A DNA stretch of 63,312 bases, filler included, from Cercozoa sp. M6MM (GCA_040357565.1; 8 parts of 8 records of this genome joined end to end with filler, not necessarily neighbours in it); one strand, 5' to 3'. Counted from the whole stretch's first letter, positions 38,089 through 50,016 are shown. The notes: generated by a model from the sequence alone, not told the origin. Program-made: numbers and translations.

Positions 38089-40917
38089 ATGAAGGGTATG
38101 TTTAAAACGATTCGACGACGCTTCTCGTCGTCCAAGTCGTCGAACGAAGATTCTCAGTCCACGGTACTTTCTGACTTCCTGGAACACGTGGGCAAGTACA
38201 CGCACACTTGTAGCCGCGCAAGGAGAGGAGGGAGGACCGTCGTCGGGCACGAACGGTCTCTTCGACTGGTGCTGTTGCCAGTGCGTCCAGCGCCTCGAGC
38301 GGCAATCATGCCAGTGCCGTCTCCCAGCCCGTACAACTGATTGTGTAGTACTTGTGTGTACCTCTTGTGGCATGGGAGCTTTAATGTGTTGCAGGCGGTT
38401 CAGACTCCCACGAGAGCAAAGCAACCAAGCCAGCCGGCGCAATCACCTAGCAACGTGAGGTATAGTTTCGGCTTTTGCAGTTTACTCTCGAGAGGTGTTT
38501 TGTGTGTTTTTTCTCCGGACAGAATGCCAGCGAAGCTGGATAAAAAAGAGCTGCTGGAACCGATGCCATCGTTCCGCGACTGTCTCGCGCAGGATCGACA
38601 GGCGCTGCTGTAATTTGCGCTTTTGAGTTGGTGCTTTCTTCTTGTGGATTACTTCTTTGTGTTGCAGGATCAGGAAACTTCGACTTTGCTGCATTCTGTT
38701 CGACTTCAACGACGAGAGCACAAAGGGTTTGTTTCATTCTTGCGCGTTCTTTCTGCCAAATAAAATGTTTTATTATCTTTGCAGAGAATCTTGGCAAAGA
38801 AATGAAGAGACAGCTTTTGCTCGAACTTGTGGATCACGTATGCTTTCGAAGTCTACATTCTTCCGTGGTATTCCATTTGTTATGTTTGTTGCACTGCAGG
38901 TGAGCACGACAAAGAATTGGTTCAGCGAGGCCACGTGTAAGCTTTTCATTATTTCATTGTTTCTGGTGCTATGTTGGTCTTTCGCAGGTGAAGCAATCAT
39001 CGAAATGGTGTGGCGCAACTTGTTCCGCACGCTGCCGCCGCAAAGTGCCGTTTTCGACCCAGATGAGGTACTACTATATCATCACGGAGCTTCACGCTGA
39101 ACCCATATCCCCTTGGCCGCAGGACGAACCAGTACTGGACCCGGCATGGCCGCACTTGCAGATTGTCTACGAGTTCTTGCTGCGTTTTGTGGTGTCTGCT
39201 GAGACTGGTAGTTTTCTTGCCCCTCTTTACTTTGTAATCTTTCAAGCCTATCTGTTTTGGTAGACACGAAAGTGCTGAAGCGATACATCAATGCACCATT
39301 TGTACTACTCCACTTGCTTCTGTCTTGTCGATGTGTTTTACGAATGGTTGATTGCAGGTCATGGAGATACTGAAACTCTTCGACAGCGAAGATCCTCGCG
39401 AACGAGACTGTAGTTCTAACCATTGCTCATCAGTTGTTTTTTTGTGCATCGTTGATGGACAATTGGCAGACCTGAAGACAATTCTACACCGGATTTACGG
39501 CAAATTTATGTCGCTGCGCTCGTTCATGCGACGTGCCATCAACCACGTGTTCTACAAATTTATCTACGAGTCGTCACGACATAACGGTACTATCCAAAGG
39601 CCACGCAGTGGGGTAAATTTGTAATTCGACCTGCTGCAGGTGTGGGTGAACTGCTTGAGATCCTCGGCAGTATCATCAACGGCTTCGCGCTACCGTTGAA
39701 GAATGAGCACAAGCGCTTCTTGCGCAATGTGTTACTACCACTGCACAAGGTACGACGGTGTTTGATTTACTTCATGTGTGATGCATTAACATTGTTGATA
39801 TCATTCAGGTGAGCACACTGCGCCAGTTCCACCAGCAGTTGTCGTACTGCGTGACACAGTTCATTGACAAGGAGCCGAAACTGGCGCCACTTGTTATCAC
39901 AGGTACTCACTCATGTGTGCTGTTGTTCTTGTCTGCGATAGACACATGTTTGTATGTGAAGCAGGCCTGCTGAGGTACTGGCCAGTCACCAGCAGCAGCA
40001 AGGAGGTGCTCTTCCTCAATGAGTGCGAGGAAGTCCTTGAACTCACACAGGTACACTCATGTCACTGTGCTGTTTAGTGACATCACTGGGTACATTGCAC
40101 TCATGCAGACCGAAGAGTTCCGGCGCATTTGCCAGCCGCTGTTCCGACAACTGGCGCGTTGCATCTCGTCACCACACTTCCAGGTACGTCCTCAAACCTT
40201 TGTTTAATTGGCAGTAATCTCTCTCCTTTGTTTGCTGACAGGTGGCCGAGCGAGCACTGTTTCTGTGGAACAACGAGTACATCACATCACTCACGCTCGA
40301 CTTCCGCGACCAGATCATGCCGATTGTGTTCCCGGCACTCCATGGTACTTTCTGTTTTTGTTTGCACTTTCTCCTATCGTTGCTAATCTGTTGTCGCAGA
40401 GAACAGCAAGAACCACTGGAACTCGACAGTGCACTCCTTGAATTACAACATCGTGAAGATGTTCATGGATGTACAGTTTTTTCTCGACGTACATTCGAGA
40501 GTATTTTTTTATGTGTTGTCTGCAGATGGACAATGAGCTGTTTGATCGGTGCTCGCGGGATCATGCTGCGCAAGAGGAAGCACAGCGTGCCCTCCGTGTC
40601 CGTACCTTGGACTGTAGCCACCCCTGAAGGATCCAGTATCTGGTGTACGAGCAGGAATAGTGCAAAGATGGAACGCGATCGAACACGCCGCCGGACAGGC
40701 GTCGGAGTCATCGACTCGGCCCGTGTTTCTGCTGCGCCGCACCTGCGACGATTTCGGCAAGTACGCGCCCGACTTTTCGCGAAAAAAGCGGCCACAGGTC
40801 AAGCCACACAGGTTACTGTTTTGCTCTTTGTATTGTACTCTTGATTACAATACGTGCGGACGTGCGGGCAGAATGGTCGATGACGGTGAGGACTCGCCCA
40901 CGCCCACGCCGAAGTAA
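38089..40917 (+). CDS. PPP2R5: PP2A regulatory subunit B' (B56 family)
   Basis: [11 protein letters not shown]; NLFRTLPP; [22 protein letters not shown]; [24 protein letters not shown]; [18 protein letters not shown]; [17 protein letters not shown]. Confidence 0.94.
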
Positions 40918-41302
40918 CCACCGCAGCCGTGTCAGCTCGTTTGATACTAGCGCACTCAAATAGTAGTAGAGTACTTAGTTGCGGTCGCCGATCAAATTCA
41001 CTAAGTTGAAATGCATGGAATATTCGACATGAGCGCCACGTTTTAATATTTTGTGCAAATCATCGAAATTTCGACTCCAGCGCTCCGGGCCCGCAAAAGG
41101 CTGCGCACCATAACTCTGCAGTTACAACGGTATCCGCTCAGGTGCGTAGAAAACTACTTTGGGTGTGCGCCTCCGTTGTATGCCGCGCTGCCTTTTTGCA
41201 TTGTTGAATTGGGGTGCATTTGGTTGGATTGACTGATTGCATGGGTTTTTCTTGATAGGACTCGTCGTTTCGTTTTTCTTTTTCGTCTCACCACCGAACA
41301 AG

Positions 41303-43845
41303 ATGAACAAGGCTAGCCGCATTGTGCGCATTGGTGCTCGTGCCTACAGCAAGCCCAAGGAGGTCGTGTTCGGCATGGAGGCCCGCACCGTACCTGCCCT
41401 CTTTTCTGTCCTTTGTGAGGTGGAGATACCCTGTTGGTTCATGTGTTGTGCAGCGCATGCTGGCCGGTGTCGACAAGGTCGCCGATGCTGTGCAGGCCAC
41501 GCTTGGTCCCAAGGGCCGCACCGTCTGCATCTCGCAGGCCTTTGGTGCCCCCAAGATCACCAAGGACGGTGCTTACCTCTTTCTGACTAATAGAAGAGCC
41601 AGTGATTTCCGATGCTTCCTTAGGTGTCACGGTTGCCAAGAGCATCGATCTGGAGGAGCCCGCTGAGAACATGGGTACTTGGAGTTCATTGCATTATGCT
41701 GGTTTGTTTGAGCTGCGTGTATGCTGCTATTGACTCAGGTGCCCAGCTCGTGAAGGCCGTGTCCAACAAGACCAACGAGGAGGCCGGCGACGGTACCACG
41801 TCGGCCACCGTCCTTGCCCGCACGATTTTCAAGCTTGGTACTTGAGAGACATTTTGAAAAAACCTCTGCAAGACAACTTGGATTATTCCTTCTGGTGCAG
41901 CTGCCCGTGCCACTGAGGTCGGCATGAACGCCACCGGCGTGCGTCGCGGCATCGAGGTGAGAAGAAACTGCAACAAAATCTATGACTTGGCTCTGCAAAT
42001 ACAGCTGGTACTTCTTTTGATGCGCAGGCTGCCGTGGCCCAGGTGACTGAGTCGCTCAAGCAGTCGGCGCAGCTCGTCGACTCCGAGGAGCAGCTTGCCC
42101 AGGTATCTTGACGCACCCTTAACGAAATTGTTTTCGTAATTTCTGCTTGCAGGTCGCCACGATCTCGGCTAACGGCGAGCGTGACATTGGTGAGCTGCTG
42201 GCTAAGGCCCTCACTAAGGTATTTTAGAACTCGATAGTTTTTTTTTCGTCGTCGCGAATCGGCTTTGTGACATTTTTTTGGTGTTTTGTCGCGCAGGTTG
42301 GCCGCGACGGCGTCATCAACATCGAGGATGGCCGTGTCGTGGCCGACGAGTTCGTTCTGTCGGAGGGTCTGCACTTCGACCGCGGCTACACGTCGCCGTA
42401 CTTCTTGACGGACTCGAAGACGCAGCGCTGCGAGTACGAGCACGCCAACGTGCTCGTCGTCGACGGCAAGGTCTCGTCGGCGCAGCTGCTGATCAAGCCG
42501 CTCGAGAACACGATGGCACAGGGCAAGCCGCTGCTCATCATTGCCGAGGACTTTGACAACGAGGTATCTCACCCCCGGCAGAGATGTGTTGTATATAATA
42601 GATATGATATATATAATGTATATTGATGGCCTTACAAGGCTCGGTTACGGTGAGGTGAGTAGGCTCTGTCAGCGCTCATTCTGAACCGCATCCGTGGCGG
42701 TCTCAAGGTGTGCGCCGTGAAGGCGCCGGGCTTTGGCGACAACCGCAAGGCCAACCTGGCTGGTTCGTTGCTATATAAATAAATATGTTTATGTATATAA
42801 TGTATATATATATATGAGTTGCATGTCTGGCACAGACATCGCTGTGGCCACGGGCGCCACGGTTTTCTCCGACGCCGCCGGTCAGGCCGGTCTCGACCAG
42901 TTCACCGTAGCCTTAACTATGTCCAGTCCATTGGAGTGGTACATATGTAGTGTGTGTGTGTGCCCACAGGTGGACCAGTTCGGCGGTGTCAAGAAGCTCC
43001 TCGTCGACAAGGACAGCACGACGCTGCTCGAGGGCAGCGGCTCCTCGGCTGCTGTTGACGAGGTATCTATCTATATATGTAGGTATGTATGTGTGTGTTA
43101 CATGTGTATGTTGGACAGAGACTGTCGCTGCTGCGCGAGCAGGTGTCGCAGACAGACTCGGCCTACGAGCAGTCCAAGCTGCAGGAGCGCATCGCGCGTC
43201 TCTCGGGCGGCATCGGCGTCATCCGCGTCGGCGGCGGCTCCGAGGTCGAGATGCAGGAGCGCAAGGACCGGTTCGAGGGTACTTCCTTCTCTATCCATAT
43301 GCGATATTTTATACACTGTATTACTATACCTATATATGTATATGTATATGTATATGTGTGGCATGGCAGATGCGCTGAACGCGTCGCGTGCCGCGTGGAT
43401 GGAGGGCATCGTGTCGGGCGGTGGCACGGCCCTGCTGTACGCGTCGCAGGTGCTGGACGAGGCCATCGCGAGCGAGGAGGACCCGGACAAGAAGCAGGGC
43501 ATGATCATCGTGCGCGACGCCTGCCGTGCGCCCGTGAAGGCCATCGCCGACAACGCCGGCATGGAGGGCACGCTGGTGGCGGCGCAGCTGCTCGACGGCG
43601 CCAAGGGCGACCTCACCTGCACGCGCGGTGTCAACGCCGCCACCGGCCACCAGGTCGACATGCTCGAGGCCGGCATCATCGACCCGCTCAAGGTCGTGCG
43701 CACCGGTCTCAACGACGCCGCCTCCGTGGCCGCCGTCATGGCCACCACCGAGGCCATCGTGTTCGACGTGCCGCAGCCTGAGTCTGCCGCTCCGGCCGGC
43801 GGTATGGGTGGCATGGGCGGCATGGGTGGCATGGGCATGATGTAA
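41303..43845 (+). CDS. HSP60: Mitochondrial chaperonin Cpn60 (13 exons)
   Basis: TLGPKGR; PKITKDGVTVAK; [13 protein letters not shown]; ATISANG; [10 protein letters not shown]; KAPGFGDNR; [10 protein letters not shown]; C-terminal GGM repeats; N-terminal presequence. Confidence 0.97.
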
Positions 43846-43927
43846 TATGCCCCTGCGATGTGAAGCCCAGTTTCAAACCTCGCTACAGTTTAGTTAGTTG
43901 AGTTTTATAGGAAACCAAGGGAACCCA

Positions 43928-43985
43928 GGGAACCCACCCCTTTCGGGCGGCCCAATTTTTGAGCCGAAAACCTTGATCCAAAAAA
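43928..43985 (+). repeat. Dispersed ~60-70 bp element, copy 2 (runs into the scaffold end)
   Basis: GGGAACCCACCCCTTTCGGGCGGCCCAATTTTTGAGCCGAAAACCTTGATCCAAAAAA matches the reverse complement of 19645-19716. Confidence 0.85.
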
Positions 43986-44085
43986 NNNNNNNNNNNNNNN
44001 NNNNNNNNNNNNNNNNNNNNNNNNNNNNNTTAATTAATTAANNNNNNNNNNNNNNNNNNNNNNNNNNNNNNNNNNNNNNNNNNNN
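43986..44085. other. Artificial scaffold linker
   Basis: N44-TTAATTAATTAA-N44. Confidence 0.97.
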
Positions 44086-44147
<62 letters not shown>

Positions 44148-44188
44148 ACATACACACACACACACACCGCTATTGTATCGGTCTGCAG

Positions 44189-44671
44189 GAGGGTTCCATG
44201 AACGAATGCGGCCCGAGATTCGCACGTGCACTGCGCGAACTGAACCTGCAGGCTGATGACGTTGTTGTGGCTCATGATGACAAGGTAGAGTAGCCCCACA
44301 TCGTTGCTTTATGTGTCACACTTGGGGTGTTTGTGTTTTGTGGTGATAGGATCTGGCACTCGGTGGGGTCAAGGTGAAGCACGGCGGCAGTGCAAGCGGG
44401 CACAATGGTGTCAAAAGTATCATCTCCTCCCTGCGAACCGACAACTTTGACCGGCTTCGCATCGGTAGTTTTGACTCTCTCTCTCTCTCTCTCTGTATTC
44501 ACTCTAGCTTTGCATCACGCTTACCTCTCAACAGGCGTCGGCAACACCGACACCAAAGAGATGCACGCAGCCGTGTTCGTGCTGTCGAACTTTGAGCACG
44601 ACGAGCACTCCGTTCTCGAGAAGGAGGTGTTTCCCAAGGCCTCGAGGATCCTCGGCATGTCGCCCCAGTGA
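44189..44671 (+). CDS. PTH1: Peptidyl-tRNA hydrolase (bacterial-type Pth1), 3' part
   Basis: [48 protein letters not shown]. Confidence 0.9.
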
Positions 44672-44745
44672 CAACGAGGATCTGGTCTGGGCTAACACGC
44701 GAGTGATACGATGCACATGTGGTGTAGTTGTTACAGCGTGATCTA

Positions 44746-45020
44746 CTGTATCCGTGCGGAAGCCACTTTCGCTTAAGACTTACAAAAAACCCTTAAGAGA
44801 GGTGTGGAAGAGTTCGGCGTGTGTTTATTGGTATCCTGACCTACTGAAGCTTTGCCAGTGGTTTAAAAAAAACTAAGGAACGTATGAAAGTCTGTTCTTG
44901 GAGGGAGAGTGGCCAAGTGTCAGTTTGGAAGAGTGGCTTCCCAGCGAACACACGTCAAAATCGCCCACACCTCTCTTGAGGATTTTTGTAAGTTGTAGGG
45001 TTGCTTCCGCGCGGATACGG
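44746..45020. mobile_element. 275 bp MITE with ~75-80 bp imperfect TIRs and TA flanks (Tc1/mariner-like, non-autonomous)
   Basis: TA|CTGTATCCGTGCGGAAGC..CTTACAAAAA..AAGAGAGGTGTGG at the left; CCACACCTCTCTT..TTTTTGTAAG..GCTTCCGCGCGGATACGG|TA at the right. No coding capacity. Confidence 0.8.
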
Positions 45021-45022
45021 TA

Positions 45023-45440
45023 GTTCGTGCTGTAACATCAGTCCAGACTGTGGAGCACCTGTTTTGGGTAGAGGAGCCTTGAGCAAGCGTTTGCAGCTGA
45101 ACTCAAAGAACGGCTTTCTCGACCAGGTATTCTAGTCTGATCTCTCCAGGACCAGTTGTCTTCGCTTCTACCCGCCCTCTGCCTTTCCAGCGGCCCTTCT
45201 TCTTTCTTCTTTCCTTACTTCACGCCAACTCAAGCATCTTCTGAATCCTCACTACTTGGTTCTGACGAACACCTTTCGCTTACTGACTGTCCTTTCTACA
45301 GCAAAAACAACAGACGGGGTCTTTCCAGTGCTTTGCCACCCTACTGAACGTTCTCCCTCCAAGAACAGACTTTCTTACGTTCCTTAGCTGTTTTGTATCA
45401 CTGGCAGAATACCCTCAATTTACCAAGGCCTGATTCCTAT
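45023..45440 (-). mobile_element. Oppositely oriented relic of a longer relative of the MITE
   Basis: 45352-45387 (TCTCCCTCCAAGAACAGACTTTCTTACGTTCCTTAG) is the near-perfect reverse complement of the MITE internal segment 44873-44908. Confidence 0.55.
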
Positions 45441-45541
45441 CAGAGACGGTAAGCTTGCATGTAGTATTCCTCGGCGTCTCTCGCAGGGAGGCATTGCTGT
45501 TCCCTGCTTCCAATCTGTTGTCGTGGTGTTCTGCCCCTCAG

Positions 45542-46537
45542 TACTTGTTCCTTGACGACTCTGTCAAACATGTCGACCAGCTGAAGTGCGCCAAGTCGTC
45601 AGAGTACGGATGCTTCCGATTGAGCGGGAACGGCATCGGACAACGTGTGGACGAGAAGCATTGTGGGGGCTGTCGCGATGTCGCCTACGCTTGCGACCCC
45701 TCCGAGTGCTACCTGCCGCCTCATGTGGTGTGTACCTCTTGCCTGTGTGACTCAGTGCAGTGTTGTATTGCGCTGACCAAGCGGTTATGTGTTGAGCAGC
45801 ACGAACCGCAGCCCGAGGACCCCTACCAGCCTCCTGCGACGCAGGACCCGTACATGCCTCCCACCGACGGTGACGGTCACGCCTCATACCGCTTCGTGTG
45901 CCACACCAACAAGGCGGCTGACTACGCTCTGTGCCGCGACTATAGTACCGCGGCCTCGCACCTCACGCTGAGTGAAGGCACCACGCCGGCATCTTTGAAG
46001 TGTGCGACGACTGCCGGTGCCGTCTGCTGGGACCTCGAGCAGCAGGCAGCGGTCAGTCCCGAGCACTGCAACCACCAGTGCAAGGACACTGCCTTCGCGT
46101 GCCCTCCGACCTTGTGCAAGGCAGACGGTCACCCGAGCCAGGGCAGCTACAACGGCGCACCTTACGTGTGTCACGCCAAGACTCGGGCCAGCATGCAGGA
46201 CTGTGGCGACTTCTCGGCGCAGGAAGGACAGCTGACGCTCGCCGAGAACACGCTGCCCAAGGATTTGACTTGTGCCACGACAGCCGACGTGCAATGCTTC
46301 AATCTGATGACGCAGAAGCACGTCGATGACGCTCTTTGCGGCGGCTGCAAGGACGTTGCCTTCGCGTGTCCCAAGCAGCTGTGTCACGTCAAGCCGAAAC
46401 CTACCTCGCCCTACGACGATGCTCCTGTCGCACAAGAGGGCACCAAACGCGATGCCGAGGCGGCCGAGACTGCGCAGCAAAGCAGCGCTACCGCGTATGT
46501 CAGTGAATATCCCATGATGCATACTTACATAGTATGA
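45542..46537 (+). CDS. Cys-rich protein with three copies of a ~75 aa repeat; 5' end not found
   Basis: Repeat pattern (F/Y)VCH..C..L.CA.....C.....V...C..C(K/R)D.A(F/Y)AC....C occurs twice in full and once partially, with Pro-rich linkers. One GT-AG intron near 45728-45799. Confidence 0.65.
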   Translation, partial: YLFLDDSVKHVDQLKCAKSSEYGCFRLSGNGIGQRVDEKHCGGCRDVAYACDPSECYLPPHVVCTSCLCDSVQCCIALTKRLCVEQHEPQPEDPYQPPATQDPYMPPTDGDGHASYRFVCHTNKAADYALCRDYSTAASHLTLSEGTTPASLKCATTAGAVCWDLEQQAAVSPEHCNHQCKDTAFACPPTLCKADGHPSQGSYNGAPYVCHAKTRASMQDCGDFSAQEGQLTLAENTLPKDLTCATTADVQCFNLMTQKHVDDALCGGCKDVAFACPKQLCHVKPKPTSPYDDAPVAQEGTKRDAEAAETAQQSSATAYVSEYPMMHTYIV

Positions 46538-47339
46538 GAACATTGAAACATGTAAGTTTACAGAGCCAGTCTGAGCGCCATGGGAATGCTCACTGTCTCC
46601 ACCTTGGCACTTCTGCGTTAGACGGACGGTGCTCCCTCTCAGTTCCTATTTATCAAGACCCTACACCGCCTGCCTGGTCGATATGTTGACTGCTGGACAG
46701 ACGAGCGAGTGGCGGATCGGAGGCTTCTTGACTGTTCGATCGAACGCTTCGCAAATGTGATGCTCCCCGAGCACTAGAATTACATTGCCCACATTTGCGT
46801 TAGACTCTCCTTCGATGTTCGATTCCTGGTCTCGACATCATGTTACAGTATCGGCATCAGTATCATCGTCAACGTCTCATCCTTTCAGTCCCCGGGACAT
46901 CGCAGTTTTTGCAGTACTTCGGCTGTTAGAGTATGGTACTGTTCACGTCAGCGCTGCTGTAGGGGTACGTAGTCAGCGCAGTTAGTTCGGTCTCCAAGAA
47001 ACCAAAAGAACTACTACCATGTCGTCCCCTCACCTCTACTGGGGTACCGGGTCGGGGTCACAAGCGCAAGCCAACCAACTCTACTCTAAAGTCGAGCAAC
47101 TTTGCGTGCCCTCCGGACTTGCGCAAGGCAGGAGGGTTGCGCGAAAACACGGGGCTACGTAACGAACTCAAAGCTAAACCGGACAGCAGTCGGTGTAAGG
47201 CGAGCGGAGCGTATGATCAGGCACGACACCCGTCGGAGAAGCAGACAAGTCACGTTCCGCCCCGATTGGTATTTGTCTTTGTTTTTGTTTTTGACGTATA
47301 GTTGCGGAAGGGGCTGAAAGCCAGTGCGTGTCAGTTGAC

Positions 47340-47728
47340 CTAGAGCTGTTCTTGCCCGGTAGTCGACGGCTGCTCGACGGGCGTCGCAACCGGCGACGTC
47401 TCGGGCGACATGTGGGCTTCCTGCTGGAAGGGTGGGTAGGTAGGTAGGTGGGTGGGTAGGTAGGAAGGTGGGTAGGTAGGTTGATTTGCGTATTTGTGTG
47501 AGTGAAAGCAGGAGGTACCTGCGAGGACGACTCGGCGACAGAGTCGGAGACAGAGTCGGCGGCGTGAGAGGACTGGGAAGCAGCGGCTGCAGGAGTCGCC
47601 TCGGTGGCAGGCTGCTGCTCTGGTGACACTTCGTGCGACGACTGTTCGTGTGACTGACCCTCCATCTGACCCTCCATCTGTGCTGGCATCTGACCCTCCA
47701 TCTGCGCTTGCAGCTGACCCTCCTCCAT
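47340..47728 (-). CDS. Small acidic low-complexity protein (QMEG repeats), 2 exons
   Basis: MEEGQLQAQMEGQMPAQMEGQMEGQ.. joined across a (CCTA)n intron to EAHMSPETSP..EQL*. Confidence 0.35.
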
Positions 47729-47952
47729 CTGGAGGAAGGTGCGGTAGATACAGAGGATGCACACTGAGGACAGAAAATCGGTTCCACCCGGTCAATTTTG
47801 TATATATATGGACTGGTCAATTTCATGTATCACGGCGCCGCGAGAAAAATAAACTGGCCGGTCGCGGGCGTGAGGTGCGGTGCGGTGAGCGAAGGTAAAT
47901 ATCCGTGATCATGAGGTTCAAACTCGAGCGGATCGGACGTCCATTGTCGCCT

Positions 47953-48208
47953 CTACTCGTCGTGCACGACGTCGTTGCTGCGGTGCGGCGACAGCGCGAC
48001 GAGTTCGTCCAGCGCGTGCAGTGCGTCGCGCGCGAAGAACTCGACGTCCTTATCGCTGTCGTGCGAGGCGAGTTGCGCCAGTGCGGCGCGCAGGCCGTGC
48101 TGCACTGCAAAGTCGGCGCCGTACCGCTCGGCCACGTCAGCCACGCGGCGGCAGAACGTGAAGCGCACGTTCGGCACGTCGTCACCTGTGCGGGTTGCAT
48201 ACATTTAA

Positions 48209-48241
<33 letters not shown>

Positions 48242-48765
48242 TAAATGTTATAATGTTTAGACAGAGACAGGGGGTACCTGCCAGGTCGAGGAAGAGCGGC
48301 AGCAGCGGCGACCGCGCCCACCGCGACGACGACAGCACGCGCGTCAGTGCCACGACGGCGTGCAGTGCCACCATGCGGTGCAGGAACTTGCCGGTACGCG
48401 ACAGTCGCTGCACGTGGCAGGGGGGGGGGGCCCATTGGGGGGCCCATGGGCACTGGGGTGGGGAGTAACACGGGTATACCTGCAGGGCAGGCACGACGGC
48501 AGGCACGGCAAAGTCGGCGCCGAACTGTTCCACCAGTGAGACGCACGCCTCCACGGCCGCGTCGCGCACCGAGTGCACCTTGTCCACCTGCCCAGGCATG
48601 CGCGCGTTATACCCCCCCCTCTTACCCCCTCGTACTTTCCCAGAAACAGGAGCACCAGAGCGTTGTCGAGCAGCGGCGCCAGTTCCTGCGAGAAGAAGGC
48701 GCGGCCAAAGAAACGCCACAGCAGCGCCAGTCGCTCCACCGCCGCCTGCCGCACGCGCCACTGAT
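47953..48765 (-). CDS. PP2A scaffold subunit A-like HEAT-repeat protein, 3' part (divergent)
   Basis: WRVRQA; DKVHSVRDAA..LVEQFGADFA; FLHRMVAL; DDVPNVRF; DSDKDVEFFA correspond to the last HEAT repeats of PR65/A. Confidence 0.8.
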
Positions 48766-48786
48766 CTGGGGGGGGGGGGGGGTAAA

Positions 48787-48886
48787 NNNNNNNNNNNNNN
48801 NNNNNNNNNNNNNNNNNNNNNNNNNNNNNNTTAATTAATTAANNNNNNNNNNNNNNNNNNNNNNNNNNNNNNNNNNNNNNNNNNNN
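48787..48886. other. Artificial scaffold linker
   Basis: N44-TTAATTAATTAA-N44. Confidence 0.97.
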
Positions 48887-48936
<50 letters not shown>

Positions 48937-48949
48937 CTCAGAGAAATGG

Positions 48950-49900
48950 TACAGTCTAAAATGTCGTTTGCGCTCGTGAAGGCCATTGATCGGGGCAGTC
49001 TAAACTCCTGTGTGCAAGCATGTCAAGGACGTCCCTTGCATACTCAGTAAATTAACAGAACTGAAGCATGAACATGTACCACGCAGTTGCTGCCCGAGGT
49101 GCTGATAGCAGCCGATGCAAACACCTGCAGCACCCTGGCTCGGAACAGACACAGACCGACCAGGTAAAACGCGAGAGCGAATCCGAGGCCACTCGCGCCG
49201 ACGTTCAGTGCCGGTGTTTTGTCTAACTTGTCGTTGGCACCCGAGAGTTCCATGATGCCAAAGATCGACAGGGCTGCGTTCATCAGCATAGACATTACGC
49301 ACTGACAAATAGACATTTCAACCGATGAGGGAAGCGCAGATGAGGCCTTGGAGAAAGACGACGACCCAGCGAGGGAACGCCGCTGTCAAGCGCACTCCGA
49401 CCTGTCCATTCCAAGTGATATGGCTTGTTTGCCTGTCTTCTATTCCATACAATACCACCTGATCCCAAGGAATCGACACTTTGTCCGTCCTTTTGGCCAA
49501 ACGACTGGTGAGGCAGCAGCACCACCTCGTGGCGCCCTTGGACACTACTCCGTGCGATGTCAATCGCACTGCGATTTAAACATTCAGATTTTTGTGACTA
49601 TAATATATATATATATACATAAATTTAAATAAATTAATTAATACAGTGATGCGCGTCTTCGTTGCACCACTCTCCAAACGAATACTCGGTGCGCTGCTGC
49701 CTGTGCAGTAATTGAGTGCATACACACAGGCGAATAAACACATTCTGGAGCTACGAACCTTCTCATCCACGTGCGTTGGGACAAAGAAGGCGCATCGCAC
49801 GTGCTCTGGGGCGTGTCAGACCGATCGAGCAGCGCCTGCCCTGCACAAGTACAAATGTGCATTGCAGTCGTTGCTCACAGCTAGGCACAGCAGCCGTTCT
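48950..49900 (-). CDS. Hypothetical multi-pass membrane protein, 3'-partial
   Basis: Exon-like segments with hydrophobic helices (WVVVFLQGLICASLI; GLGFALAFYLVGLCLF); boundaries approximate. Confidence 0.4.
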
Positions 49901-50016
49901 ATCTTTCGCCCAAACTGCTTGAAAAATGTTCTGAAAGCCGGCGGAGCATGAATTGGGGGCACCAAAGCAACGCAATACTGTACACTCATATACTAGCAGT
50001 ATAGTAATTAAATTTG

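Noticed and set aside
38089-48765. PP2A B56 and PP2A A-like genes as a functional cluster
   Set aside because: They are on different scaffolds separated by an artificial linker.
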